From Treponema sp. (GTDB lineage Bacteria > Spirochaetota > Spirochaetia > Treponematales > Treponemataceae), in the NCBI GenBank assembly GCA_016292805.1, contig JAEDFM010000004.1, forward strand, positions 4,209 through 68,208: a stretch of 64,000 nucleotides of DNA, written 5' to 3'. Below, in pieces: positions 20,107 through 30,470 of the stretch. The notes beneath the pieces were generated by a model. It was not told the DNA's origin, searched no databases, and was given only the letters and a program-made list of their open reading frames with translations. Position numbers and translations under genes: made by a program. Every line of letters starts with the position of its first letter. The stretch's first letter is position 1.

Positions 20107-20454
20107 ATGAAAAAGAATATTTTATTAGTTACAATTTTACTTATTTTATCAGGTATTTTTACCTCTTGTTATACACCTAACCCACTCTATGGAACATGGA
20201 CAGACAATAGTGGAAACAAAATTCAATTTATGGATGATGGAACCTTTACAGCAACTGTTTTTGATTTAACTAATACATCAGAAAATTATGAAGGTAGCTG
20301 GAAATGTATCGATAACGTTCTTATTTTTAATATTCTTTCTGAAACATCATACACAAGAAATACAGAATGGGATGTTAGAGGCAGTTTCCTCTATCTTACC
20401 TGGCAAATAAATGGAACCGCAAAAGTTCTCACGTTACAAAAAACAGCCCGCTAG
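20107..20454 (+). CDS. Small beta-rich lipoprotein (lipocalin-like)
   Basis: AAGGAG RBS; lipobox GIFTSC; NPLYGTW..IQF..DGTF..YEGSW pattern. Confidence 0.75.
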   Translation: MKKNILLVTILLILSGIFTSCYTPNPLYGTWTDNSGNKIQFMDDGTFTATVFDLTNTSENYEGSWKCIDNVLIFNILSETSYTRNTEWDVRGSFLYLTWQINGTAKVLTLQKTAR

Positions 20455-20463
20455 GAGCACTAG

Positions 20464-21207
20464 ATGAAAAAATTACTTTTATTGACTTCATTATTATTGC
20501 TTTCTGCTGTGCTTTTTGCCCAGGAAACTGAAAGTAACGCAATTGATTCTGGAGAAGCAAAAATTACACTTTCGAAAGAAGGAAAAAAAGCGGCCCGTGC
20601 TGCAAAAAAAGCTGAAAAAGATGCAAAAGAATATAACTTCAAATTCCGTATTAACGAAGGTGGTTCTTTTGGGCAGATTACCAGGATAGAAAAAATGGAT
20701 AACCGTTCAAACTTTGTTCGGGAAACAATGATTGCTGGTGCATTTGTAAATTTTCAGACTGTTGATTTATACGATAAAATTGATTTTACAATTCAGTTAG
20801 CAGGTTATTATCCTGTTCACAATGCATTTAATGGAATGAAGCAGTTCCCTAAGAATAAACTTAATTATGCAATTGATGGATTTTTAGGAGCAACTTATAC
20901 ATGGGATAAAATAAAATATATTCCAATTGATTTATCTCTTGGATTACATTCTATGTATCAGCTTACAGATGAATATCATATGGTTTATGTAGGTTTAGGC
21001 TTCTTAGGAACTATAAACTTTCCACTTTCTGAACGATGGACTATTGTAAATAATTATTTCTTTAGTTATGACGATGCAAACCTGGGCTCCAACAAAAAGA
21101 TTCAGCATTTTGATGCAGCCTATCAGTATCATATTGATTTAGGATTCAGATATTCTAAGAGAGCTAAAAACTCATACTACTACATTGCAAAAAAACAAGC
21201 ACTGTGA
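20464..21207 (+). CDS. Exported protein, putative small outer-membrane beta-barrel
   Basis: Signal peptide ending VLFA; amphipathic aromatic-rich strands (FTIQLAGYY, GFLGATYTW, YQYHIDLGFRY). Confidence 0.6.
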   Translation: MKKLLLLTSLLLLSAVLFAQETESNAIDSGEAKITLSKEGKKAARAAKKAEKDAKEYNFKFRINEGGSFGQITRIEKMDNRSNFVRETMIAGAFVNFQTVDLYDKIDFTIQLAGYYPVHNAFNGMKQFPKNKLNYAIDGFLGATYTWDKIKYIPIDLSLGLHSMYQLTDEYHMVYVGLGFLGTINFPLSERWTIVNNYFFSYDDANLGSNKKIQHFDAAYQYHIDLGFRYSKRAKNSYYYIAKKQAL

Positions 21208-21290
21208 TAAATTAAATATTACAACTCTAGGGAAGGTTCTTTTATGTGTTACTCTTCCCTATTCATATTAGCGCAAGAAGGAGATACAAA

Positions 21291-21701
21291 ATGGGAGCAC
21301 GTGGAGAACTTTACACAACTCAGGTCTATTTAGATAATCGTTCATATTTTTTCAATGTTAAAGAAAACCGTACTGGTGATGTATTTTTGCAGATTGTAGA
21401 AAGCAAAAACCGTGAAGGTGCAGAACAGGACCGTCATCAGGTTGCAATTTTTGCTGAAGACATGCAGAAATTTTTACAGGGAATGGAAAAATCTTTGGAA
21501 TTCATTGAAAAAGATCGTAAAGCACGCCAGAAAATCCAGCGCGAAAAGAAAGCTGCAAAAGAAGCAAAATACGGTTCTGGTAAAAAAATCTATAAAGTAA
21601 AATCAGATAAAAAAGCTGAAGCACCAGCTGCTGAATCTCCTGTAAAAAAGACAGGTAGAGTTCATGTAGTTTCTAAAAAGCCAGCTGCTGATAAAGAATA
21701 A
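21291..21701 (+). CDS. PUR-domain nucleic-acid-binding protein (Borrelia BpuR-like, DUF3276)
   Basis: MGARGELY...RSYFFNVKENRTGDVFLQIVESK; AAGGAG RBS before ATG 21291; Lys-rich tail. Confidence 0.85.
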   Translation: MGARGELYTTQVYLDNRSYFFNVKENRTGDVFLQIVESKNREGAEQDRHQVAIFAEDMQKFLQGMEKSLEFIEKDRKARQKIQREKKAAKEAKYGSGKKIYKVKSDKKAEAPAAESPVKKTGRVHVVSKKPAADKE

Positions 21702-21707
21702 ATATAA

Positions 21708-21737
21708 AAGGGACTTTCCAATAAGGGAAGGTTCCTT
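21708..21737. terminator. Terminator hairpin between the convergent PUR gene and rnhB
   Basis: AAGGGACTTTCC/GGAAGGTTCCTT stem. Confidence 0.65.
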
Positions 21738-21750
21738 AATTATTTTAAAC

Positions 21751-22347
21751 CTAATACTTAAAACTTAACCGCTGAATTGGACTTGGCCCAATTTTATAAC
21801 ACACTTCCTTGTGAGCCTTTGTTGGATATCCTTTATGTTTAGCATATCCATATTCAGGATAAAGCTTATCCATTTGGTACATAATTCTGTCCCTTTCAAC
21901 TTTTGCCAGAATACTGGCAGCCATTACGCAGGTATAATTTCCATCTGCCTTTGGTTCACAACGACATTCTATTGGTACCTGAGGACAACGAGTTCCGTCA
22001 GTAATTCCAGACAGCTTAATTTTAGAATAATCAATTCCATTATTCTGGCACCACTGGGGTAATTTTTGAACCATCTGTTCATAAGCAAGTTTCATTGCTA
22101 GCATTGATGCTTCAAGAATATTTATTTCATCAATTTTTTTATGGTCAACTAAAGCTACACCCCAGCAGGCTTTTTCTTTAATAATCAGCTCTGCTGCATT
22201 CCGCTTTTTTTCGCTTAACTTTTTAGAGTCATTTAAAAATTCAAAAGGAAAATCTGGTGGAAGAATTACACAGCCTGCACTTACTGGACCTGCAAGAGGT
22301 CCCCGTCCAGCTTCGTCAAAACCTGCTTCAAGAATATTAGAATCCAT
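21751..22347 (-). CDS. rnhB: Ribonuclease HII
   Basis: GFDEAGRGPLAGPV, LNDSKKL, AASILAKV, KHKGYPT; start placed at MDSNIL. Confidence 0.95.
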   Translation of the reverse strand: MDSNILEAGFDEAGRGPLAGPVSAGCVILPPDFPFEFLNDSKKLSEKKRNAAELIIKEKACWGVALVDHKKIDEINILEASMLAMKLAYEQMVQKLPQWCQNNGIDYSKIKLSGITDGTRCPQVPIECRCEPKADGNYTCVMAASILAKVERDRIMYQMDKLYPEYGYAKHKGYPTKAHKEVCYKIGPSPIQRLSFKY

Positions 22348-24424
22348 AGTTTTCATTATCAACTAAAGTTACATTTGATTTATTTTCTGTGAAAACTGGA
22401 ACAATTGATTTAGAAACCTTGGAAAGTTCTGCCTTAAATACATTGTGGTTAAAAGAACCTGTAACACCAAACAATTCTGCAATACGACCAGTTTTACCAC
22501 TGATTTTGAAAGTGTTATCCTTACAATCAATCTGTCCTTCCGACATAGAAATTACTACACAGATATCTGCAGAAGCATTTAATTTTGTATTCTTAATACT
22601 GATTTTAGATTTTACACTGCTTATGAATGAAGCATAACTTGAACAGGCAACTGCACAAATTGAGTTGTCTACATAAACATTAGAATTCACAGCTTCAAGA
22701 ATTGTACCATTCTTTTCAAAATCACCATAAAGTAAACAGTCTGTAAAAATAAGATTTGATCGTTCCCCTTTTATCATAGGAATGATTTTTGTGGAACTGC
22801 CGTCCTTCTTATTTTTGACTGTTATATTTTTAATATCCAGACTTGAATCTATAGCAACCAGTTGAGCATCTGCTTCAAATGTAATAGAAGAGTTTTGACT
22901 TCCATTAATTACACAGTTTGAAGTAAGCATATGTTTACCTTTTGGAATAATCATATCTCCTGTTACAGAAAGTGAAACGCTTCTGCTTAAATTAAGATAC
23001 TCAAGCATTGTTGCAAAATCTGTAAATGGTCGTTCTGCTGTTCCATCTGCACCAGCTTCGCTTGCTGTTGAATCAAAGAAATAATTATACTGATCAATAA
23101 TTACGCTGTATTCTGTAATTTCACTAGGATTTGAACCATTCATAGAATAAGCACGAACTTTATAGTAAACACCACTTTCCTTTAATCCTGTAAACTGCAA
23201 TTTAATTTCACTTCCCTCTGCTGCAATGAAATTTTCTGCATGACAGTCTTTGAATATAGGACTTTCTGGAGTATAGCGGTTTCCATTTACTGGGAAAGGT
23301 TCACTTACTGCATAATACAGCTGTCCTTCTTTACTTCCGGTAATTGTAATTTCCACATCTGAACGGGTATAAAAATTATCTGTATTACTTGTAATAAATG
23401 GTGCTGCTGGTGGACGCTTATTAAGTTCATAAGGAATTTCCACAGTACCCTGTAAAAGTCCGTTACAGAAAATACCAGCTTTTAAAACTCCGTTTACTTT
23501 ATCACCATAGAAAACATCAACAACCAGTTCTTCAAATAATTCCTGGTAAGAATTATCTGCATCAAGAACTGCCAGGCGGTAACTTGGATCTCCATTTACA
23601 GAAATCTTAAGTTCTCCATCTTCTGTTTCAAAAGTGCTGATTTCGGGTTTTGCAGGGAGAATGATGAATTCTATTGGATTCCCAAATTCATAGGCAATAT
23701 TCTGATAGCTGATCATATGACTTACGGTACGGTCCAGCTTTACAGCTTCTTTTGGAAGTCCCCAGTAGTCTCCATCAATTTTATAAATAAGATTTCTATC
23801 AAGAAATTCTATTGTTTCCCAATCTGTAATTTTAATTGGTAAATCTCTGCGGCTAAAAGCACCTGCAGAAACCGGAAAGGTACAAATAATAAATCTGTAT
23901 TTTTTATTTGTAGTCTGATCCCACAAAGTACAAGGAATATTTCTATTTAAGATTGTTTTATCTGAAATACTTACAGTCTGACCTTTAACAAAAGCATCTG
24001 GAGGAAGTCCAAAACTAAAATAAAGTGAATCTGGAATTGCAAGTTCAGTACCGGCTGTATAATTAATAACACCTGTATCATAGAAAGTAGAAATAAATGA
24101 ACCATAAGAAGCTGCAGCACTATCATCACAATTAACTTTGTATTTTACTTCCACATATTCTTTTTTAGTTCTGGAAATCACTTTGGCAATTTTTAAAGTT
24201 ACATCCCCTTCTACATCAAGCAAAACAGGACCATCATAGGCAAAACCAAAGGAAGCAGGATCTGAACCGTCAACAGAGTAAAAATAATCACCATCAGAAG
24301 TTGTATCAATAACCAGCATCTGCTTGTTAGACCAGGTTCCCTTAATTGGACTTACAATATTTATCTGTGCAAAGAGTTGAGAAACTAAAAATAAACAAAG
24401 GCCAAATACAAAACTTCTTTTCAT
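22337..24424 (-). CDS. Exported protein with chitobiase/FN3-like modules and a C-terminal beta-helix-like region
   Basis: Signal peptide; YSVDGSDP..YDGP (CHB_HEX_C-like); DGTAERPF motif followed by repeated short beta strands. Confidence 0.6.
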   Translation of the reverse strand: MKRSFVFGLCLFLVSQLFAQINIVSPIKGTWSNKQMLVIDTTSDGDYFYSVDGSDPASFGFAYDGPVLLDVEGDVTLKIAKVISRTKKEYVEVKYKVNCDDSAAASYGSFISTFYDTGVINYTAGTELAIPDSLYFSFGLPPDAFVKGQTVSISDKTILNRNIPCTLWDQTTNKKYRFIICTFPVSAGAFSRRDLPIKITDWETIEFLDRNLIYKIDGDYWGLPKEAVKLDRTVSHMISYQNIAYEFGNPIEFIILPAKPEISTFETEDGELKISVNGDPSYRLAVLDADNSYQELFEELVVDVFYGDKVNGVLKAGIFCNGLLQGTVEIPYELNKRPPAAPFITSNTDNFYTRSDVEITITGSKEGQLYYAVSEPFPVNGNRYTPESPIFKDCHAENFIAAEGSEIKLQFTGLKESGVYYKVRAYSMNGSNPSEITEYSVIIDQYNYFFDSTASEAGADGTAERPFTDFATMLEYLNLSRSVSLSVTGDMIIPKGKHMLTSNCVINGSQNSSITFEADAQLVAIDSSLDIKNITVKNKKDGSSTKIIPMIKGERSNLIFTDCLLYGDFEKNGTILEAVNSNVYVDNSICAVACSSYASFISSVKSKISIKNTKLNASADICVVISMSEGQIDCKDNTFKISGKTGRIAELFGVTGSFNHNVFKAELSKVSKSIVPVFTENKSNVTLVDNENYGF

Positions 24425-24445
24425 AAAACTATACCTTAGATAAAA

Positions 24446-25063
24446 CTAGTCACCTAAATAAGGACTAAGAACATCCTTTAATTCAGGATCAACATCGTAA
24501 TAATATTTCTGCAATTCTTCTTTAGAAAGACCTACAAGTTCATGACTCATATAATGAATCCAGCGATTTTCTTCAGGTTTTGTAATTTCAAATTTACGGC
24601 AATAATAGTCTGGTTGAATTGGAAGCTGTTCATCATAATAAGTAAAATATTTGTAATCATGAACCACAACTTTAATGTCTTCCCTTCTAAAGCCACGAGT
24701 GTGCATTAAGGTATCTACAAGAGCATTAATTGTTCTTCCAGAATCAAAAATATCATCAACTAAAAGAATCTTATCTCCGGGACGAAGATTTTCTGGAGGA
24801 TATGTCCATCCGTCAATATAAACCTTTGAATGCTGAGCAATATCTGTATAAGAACGGGCAACTACACCGGCATACAATGCAGGATGAAGATTTTCCTGTT
24901 TACACACAATTTTAAAATATTCACTAATAACGTTTGCCATATAAGCACCGCCACGAAGTGAACAATAAATTACATCTGGAATAAATCCATCATTTTTTAT
25001 TTTATGTGCAATTTTTAATGCATTGTTTCGTACTGTATAATAATCAAGAAATTCTTTAATCAT
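24446..25063 (-). CDS. Type I phosphoribosyltransferase (purine salvage-like)
   Basis: LRGG and PRPP-binding ILLVDDIFDSGRT. Confidence 0.88.
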   Translation of the reverse strand: MIKEFLDYYTVRNNALKIAHKIKNDGFIPDVIYCSLRGGAYMANVISEYFKIVCKQENLHPALYAGVVARSYTDIAQHSKVYIDGWTYPPENLRPGDKILLVDDIFDSGRTINALVDTLMHTRGFRREDIKVVVHDYKYFTYYDEQLPIQPDYYCRKFEITKPEENRWIHYMSHELVGLSKEELQKYYYDVDPELKDVLSPYLGD

Positions 25064-25089
25064 TTTGTCCTCACTAACTTAATATTTAA

Positions 25090-25842
25090 TTATAAATTAT
25101 TCTTATGTTCTTTACAACTTAATAAGAATTCCACAATTTTTTGAAGAACAAAACACAAAACTACAAGTAACAGCGTTACAGCCATTACTCGCTCTGTTTC
25201 TAAATGAATATTTCCATTTTGAAGCATTGTCCCAATTGAATATTTAGGAAGGCTTAAAACTTCTCCTGCAACTACAACCTTCCAGGTTAAACCGAATATT
25301 GTTTTGATACCTAATTTAATTGATTGATAAGCAGATGGCAGACTGATATGAAAAAATGCTTTTATTCTGGAAAAATTGTAAACCTTGGCCAGCTCTTTTA
25401 ATTTTGGATCTACACTTACAAAACCATGATAAACAGAATTTGTCATAACAGGTAAAGTCATAAGCAGGGCAACAAAAACAGGAACTGTGTTGGATTTGAA
25501 CCAGAACATTACTATTAATATCAAAGCCACAACCGGGGTAACCTGTAAGATAGAAATATAAGGTTCAAAGAAATGTTTAAGAAAACTGCTGCGACTAAAA
25601 AGAAAGCCGGCGGTAAAACCAAGCACTATACTTATGGCAAAGGATGTAAGTATTCTAAGAAAGGTGAAGGCAAAGGCTTTCCAGAAAGCCAGTGTGACTG
25701 CAAGGTGGAGTCCAGTTTTAATTACGGAGAGTGGCGATGGTAAAATTAAAGCAGATCCAGTTACTAAAGATGCTATCCACCAGATTAATAAAAGAAAAAA
25801 AATTGAACTTATATATGCAATTATTTTTTTATTGATTTTCAT
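25090..25842 (-). CDS. ABC transporter permease, NitT/TauT (SsuC-like)
   Basis: Multiple TM segments, LPSP, EAA-like loop, WKVVVAGEV. Confidence 0.88.
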   Translation of the reverse strand: MKINKKIIAYISSIFFLLLIWWIASLVTGSALILPSPLSVIKTGLHLAVTLAFWKAFAFTFLRILTSFAISIVLGFTAGFLFSRSSFLKHFFEPYISILQVTPVVALILIVMFWFKSNTVPVFVALLMTLPVMTNSVYHGFVSVDPKLKELAKVYNFSRIKAFFHISLPSAYQSIKLGIKTIFGLTWKVVVAGEVLSLPKYSIGTMLQNGNIHLETERVMAVTLLLVVLCFVLQKIVEFLLSCKEHKNNL

Positions 25843-26780
25843 TAATAGTAAAAGTTTTTATCTGGAAGTTTTCCACCAATTGATTTTGGATCATATTCAG
25901 AAAAAATTTTAAATAATTTTTCCAGTTGTTTTTTCCCATCTCTGCCAGGAATAAAAGTATAATTTGCATAAGGAATTGAATTGCTTACAACATTTGCTTT
26001 TAGTCCTAAATCAAGCTGTTCACAAAGTAATCCGGCATCTAAACCATTATCCATTGTCCATTCATAAGATTCCTCATATAACTGCAAAAATTTATTTAAT
26101 GTAGCAGTTTTGTTATGTGCAAACTTTTTGGAAACAACCATTACAGTTAATGGATAAGTTTGATTTGGACCTTCCAACTTTTCATATTCTGCCTGCAAAT
26201 CTATAGCTTTAATAATTTCTGGATCTTTCATACAAGCTACTGTAGCAAAAGGCTCTGGAACAACTGCATATTCTATTTTTCCAGAAATAAGCATTGCAGC
26301 TAACTGTTGTGTAGGAATAGAAAAATCTAAGCTTACCCCATCTTTAGAATCCTGCTGAATCTTATTTTTCTTTAAGAGATAACGAAACATAAATTCTGGT
26401 GTTGCACCTGCCCCTGCAACAGAAACCGTCTTTCCATTCAAATCACTCAACTTTTTAACTGCGCTGTTTTTTGTAATCAAACTTAAATTACCGGTTCCAG
26501 TAATTGCAGAACAAATAACTCCGCCATTGCTGTTATAACAGATAGCAGCTACATTTGGTGGAAGAAAACCAATATCAATTTCATCTTTTAAAAGCTTTGC
26601 TGTAAGTGTTTGGGCAGATGCAAAGTTTTCTGTTTCCAGTTCTTCTCCTTCAACACTTAATACATTATCTAAAAGATAAGCAGAAGGAATACAGCTTGGC
26701 CCATTTAGAATTCCAAGTCGAATCTGAGCGAATAATAATGAACAACCAATAAATATTAATGCTGTAATTCCCTTTTTCAT
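25842..26780 (-). CDS. ABC transporter substrate-binding protein, NitT/TauT family
   Basis: Signal peptide; DLNGKTV, GAGATPE, VPEPFAT motifs. Confidence 0.85.
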   Translation of the reverse strand: MKKGITALIFIGCSLLFAQIRLGILNGPSCIPSAYLLDNVLSVEGEELETENFASAQTLTAKLLKDEIDIGFLPPNVAAICYNSNGGVICSAITGTGNLSLITKNSAVKKLSDLNGKTVSVAGAGATPEFMFRYLLKKNKIQQDSKDGVSLDFSIPTQQLAAMLISGKIEYAVVPEPFATVACMKDPEIIKAIDLQAEYEKLEGPNQTYPLTVMVVSKKFAHNKTATLNKFLQLYEESYEWTMDNGLDAGLLCEQLDLGLKANVVSNSIPYANYTFIPGRDGKKQLEKLFKIFSEYDPKSIGGKLPDKNFYY

Positions 26781-26789
26781 TTGTGCTTC

Positions 26790-29381
26790 CTATTTTGTTA
26801 CAAGAACTTTTACTTTTACATCTTTCTTTTCTTTTTTAATAAGCTTTACTTTAAGCTTATCATCAGAACAGTCTACATTTACTGTATCCACATCTTTATT
26901 CTGATTAGCAAGAATTTCCATAGAAAGAGGATCTTCTATTTCTTTACGGATTAATCTGCTCATAGGACGAGCACCCATTGCCGGATTATATCCATGTTCA
27001 ATCAGATAATCCTTCGCCTTTGGCTTAACATTAATTGTAAGTTTTTTATCTTTAAGACGGCTTGCCAGATCTGCAATCTGAATATCAAGAATCTTAGAAA
27101 CTTCCTTTTTAGAAAGTGCATTAAATACAATTACATCATCAATACGGTTTATAAGCTCTGGATTCAGCAGGCGCTTTAGTTCATTCATTGCACCGGCCTT
27201 AATTTCTTCGTAACTCATTACACCGTCTAAAGTTCCAAAACCAACCCGACCTTCGTTTGTAATCTGACGGGCACCAGCATTACTTGTCATAATTATTACA
27301 GTATTGCGGAAGTTAACTGTGTGACCAAGATTATCACTCAACTCACCTTCTTCCAGCATCTGTAATAAAAGATTAAAGATATCTGGATGAGCTTTTTCAA
27401 TTTCATCAAGCAGTACAACTGAGTAAGGATGACGACGAACTTTTTCTGTAAGTACGCCACCTTCTTCGTAGCCAACATATCCTGGAGGTGCACCTACAAG
27501 ACGACTAGCAGTGTGCTTTTCCATATAATCAGACATATCAATGCGAATTAAAGATTCTTCTGTACCAAACAGATATTTTGCCAGAGCTTTTGCCAGCTGA
27601 GTTTTTCCAACCCCTGTTGGACCTAAGAAAATAAAAGAACCAACAGGATGTTTTGGAGATGCAATTCCTGCACGGCTTCTGCGAATAGCACCAGAAATAA
27701 TACTTACAGCATCTTCCTGTCCAATAACAGTCTTATGGAGTTCATCTTCCATATGGATGATTCTTTCAGTTTCGCTTGAAGTCATCTGCTCTACAGGAAT
27801 GCCTGTCATTTCACAAATTATTTTTTCAATGTCCTGAACAGTAACCCGTTTTTTATTGGAAACACCATTTTCCATAACTCTTGTACTGTAAGCATTAAGT
27901 CTCTGTTTTAAATCAATAACTTTATCTCTTACAACAGCTGCGTTTTCGTAATCCTGAGTCTGTACAAGTTTTTTCTTTTCTTCTATAAGCTGACTGATAT
28001 TTGTTTCCAGTTCTGCAAATTCCGATGGACGAATTTCTTCTGTTATCTTTTTTGCGGCTCCGGCTTCATCTAAAATATCAATAGCTTTATCTGGAAGAAC
28101 TTTCTCTGGAATATATCGTTTACTGAGTTTTACAATTACAGGAATTACATCTTCATCATAAATTACACGATGATAATTTTCGTATCGCTCTTTAATACCT
28201 TCAAGAATCTGCTCAGATTCTTTTTCTGAAGGTTCTTCAACTTTTACAACCTGGAAACGGCGTTCCAAAGCAAGATCTTTTTCAATATGTTTAGTATATT
28301 CCTTTGTTGTTGTGGCACCAATAATCTGGATTTCTCCACGGCTTAAAGCTGGCTTCATAATGTTTGAAGCATCCATTGTACCTTCATTTCCGCCTGCACC
28401 AATTATTGAATGAAGCTCGTCTATAAAAAGAATAATATCCTTATTGTCATTTAATTCTTTAAGCATTTTTTTCATTCGTTCTTCGAATTCACCACGGTAT
28501 TTTGTTCCTGCTACAATGGCTGCAAGATCCAGAGAAAGAACTCGTTTTTTAAGCAGATCCTGAGGAACTTTACCTGCTGCAATATACTGTGCTAAACCTT
28601 CTACAATAGCTGTTTTACCAACACCTGGTTCACCTGTTAAAACAGGATTATTTTTTGTACGACGAGAAAGAATCTGAATTACACGATGAATTTCTTTATC
28701 GCGACCAACAACTGGATCAGATTTATTTTCTCTGGCCATCCTTGTAAGGTCACGGCTATATTCATCAAGGAAAGACTCTTTCTGCTGATTTTTCGCAGAT
28801 TTATCTACTGCTGTCTTTTTTTCTTTTGGCTGTTTTTTCTCTTCCAACACAGAGAAAAGTCCTGTGCCTTTTTCATCATCTAAAAGAGATTTAAAAACTG
28901 AATCAATTAAATTTTCTGCCAGAGATTGTCTGATTGAAGAAAGATTTTCTTCCTGTGCTTCTATTACTGCAAATCGAACATCCATGATAGATATTCTGTT
29001 TTTCTTAAAGAAAACATTTACAAGGCTGTCTTCTTCTCTAACGGCTGCAAGTAAAAGATGTTCAGTACCTATATAATCATCATGAAGAGCACTTGATTCA
29101 AGCTCTGCCAGATCAAGCATCATCTGATAGCGGCGTCCTTTTGGAACTATATCTAAAGTTGGCATTTTAGATTCCATTTTAAAGAAATCTAAAAGACAGT
29201 CTTTGAGTACATTAGCATTTTGTCCTAATTTGGCAAAAACTGCATAACCTACTCCTTCCTGACGTTTAAGTATGGCAAGAATTATATGTTCTGGTAACAG
29301 CTGTGCACTACCTAATTTTCGTGCTTCATCCTGAGCATAAGCTAAAAGGATGTTTTTGGCTCTTGGAGAAAAGTTTTTCAA
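26790..29381 (-). CDS. clpC: ATP-dependent Clp protease ATPase subunit ClpC
   Basis: Clp N-terminal repeats, [11 protein letters not shown] middle domain ([10 protein letters not shown]), GPTGVGKT, ClpP-binding loop VGF; TTG start. Confidence 0.92.
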   Translation of the reverse strand: MKNFSPRAKNILLAYAQDEARKLGSAQLLPEHIILAILKRQEGVGYAVFAKLGQNANVLKDCLLDFFKMESKMPTLDIVPKGRRYQMMLDLAELESSALHDDYIGTEHLLLAAVREEDSLVNVFFKKNRISIMDVRFAVIEAQEENLSSIRQSLAENLIDSVFKSLLDDEKGTGLFSVLEEKKQPKEKKTAVDKSAKNQQKESFLDEYSRDLTRMARENKSDPVVGRDKEIHRVIQILSRRTKNNPVLTGEPGVGKTAIVEGLAQYIAAGKVPQDLLKKRVLSLDLAAIVAGTKYRGEFEERMKKMLKELNDNKDIILFIDELHSIIGAGGNEGTMDASNIMKPALSRGEIQIIGATTTKEYTKHIEKDLALERRFQVVKVEEPSEKESEQILEGIKERYENYHRVIYDEDVIPVIVKLSKRYIPEKVLPDKAIDILDEAGAAKKITEEIRPSEFAELETNISQLIEEKKKLVQTQDYENAAVVRDKVIDLKQRLNAYSTRVMENGVSNKKRVTVQDIEKIICEMTGIPVEQMTSSETERIIHMEDELHKTVIGQEDAVSIISGAIRRSRAGIASPKHPVGSFIFLGPTGVGKTQLAKALAKYLFGTEESLIRIDMSDYMEKHTASRLVGAPPGYVGYEEGGVLTEKVRRHPYSVVLLDEIEKAHPDIFNLLLQMLEEGELSDNLGHTVNFRNTVIIMTSNAGARQITNEGRVGFGTLDGVMSYEEIKAGAMNELKRLLNPELINRIDDVIVFNALSKKEVSKILDIQIADLASRLKDKKLTINVKPKAKDYLIEHGYNPAMGARPMSRLIRKEIEDPLSMEILANQNKDVDTVNVDCSDDKLKVKLIKKEKKDVKVKVLVTK

Positions 29382-29399
29382 TTTATAACCTCAGCGACT

Positions 29400-30470
29400 T
29401 TATTGTAACCTGGCGTTTTCTAAAGTCTGTTGAATTACAGTTGCGCGTAATCGCTGTATAACAAGCTCCTGGCTGCCTTTAATATCATCCTCGAATGTAA
29501 AAGGATAATTATCATTAACAATCTGCAGATGAATATACTTAGTTGTATACATAAGTCCGTTTACATCGGCTTCTGAAACACCAGTAAGCACACCAGTTTG
29601 CAAGCCCCACTTTATAACACCAATGTAGTTTAATGCTTCTTCATAGGTTATAAGCAGAGAATTTACAGCTTTTGCAAAGTTTGATTTTACAAAATTTAAC
29701 ACTACTGTAGGGTTATTATCGGCAAATTCCCGCCGAATCTTGCGCTCTGTTTTGAAAATATATGTACCTAAGGACTGAATTTGTGCCAGCTGGTCTAATT
29801 CAGTCCCTTCCTGACAGTCTCCATAATAAACATCAAAGAAAAAGTTAGAAAAATCTGTATTATTTCCGGGTTTTACAATAGGTCTTAAACAGAATTTCTG
29901 TTCTGCCAGCTTTTTTGAAAACTCTGGGAATCTGCCGGAAAGTACAATTGATGGAATAAATATTCTTATGGAAATGCGTAAACCTGTTCCACAGTCTTTT
30001 ATCTGGGAAGTTAAATATCCAAATTCATAACTGGCAGCAAACTGAAGCTTTTTCTGTAAATTCTCATCTACCTTATAAACATTTTTCATTACTTTTTCAG
30101 GGTCAAAACCACAATCAAAATTAATGATTTTAAGATGATTCAGTTCGTTTACAAGACAAATAACAGCTTCTTTATTATTCATTGCAAAAGCCTGAAAATT
30201 ATTGTTGCCAATCATTGTGTTGTCCCGCAGCACCTGTAATCCTGTTTTAGAAAGCTCGCTGGCTCTTACAAACTGAAAGTTTTCGTCATAATTAAAAGCA
30301 TCTTCTGCCAGGGACACTACTCGTCGTACATCATCCTCAGACATTTTTGATGGAAATTTAAAATCTGCAAGATTACGAACAATTCTTGCTCTTGTAGAAA
30401 TAATTACATCATTCTCTGGTCCATCTTCATAAAACCAGGAAAAAGTTTTACCCGAAGCTTTAGTTTCCAT
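29400..30470 (-). CDS. mcsB: McsB-like ATP:guanido phosphotransferase-fold protein with a degenerate active site
   Basis: GPENDVIISTRARIVRN and GYLTS....GTGLRIS; located between mcsA and clpC; GAGG before ATG 30470. Confidence 0.8.
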   Translation of the reverse strand: METKASGKTFSWFYEDGPENDVIISTRARIVRNLADFKFPSKMSEDDVRRVVSLAEDAFNYDENFQFVRASELSKTGLQVLRDNTMIGNNNFQAFAMNNKEAVICLVNELNHLKIINFDCGFDPEKVMKNVYKVDENLQKKLQFAASYEFGYLTSQIKDCGTGLRISIRIFIPSIVLSGRFPEFSKKLAEQKFCLRPIVKPGNNTDFSNFFFDVYYGDCQEGTELDQLAQIQSLGTYIFKTERKIRREFADNNPTVVLNFVKSNFAKAVNSLLITYEEALNYIGVIKWGLQTGVLTGVSEADVNGLMYTTKYIHLQIVNDNYPFTFEDDIKGSQELVIQRLRATVIQQTLENARLQ

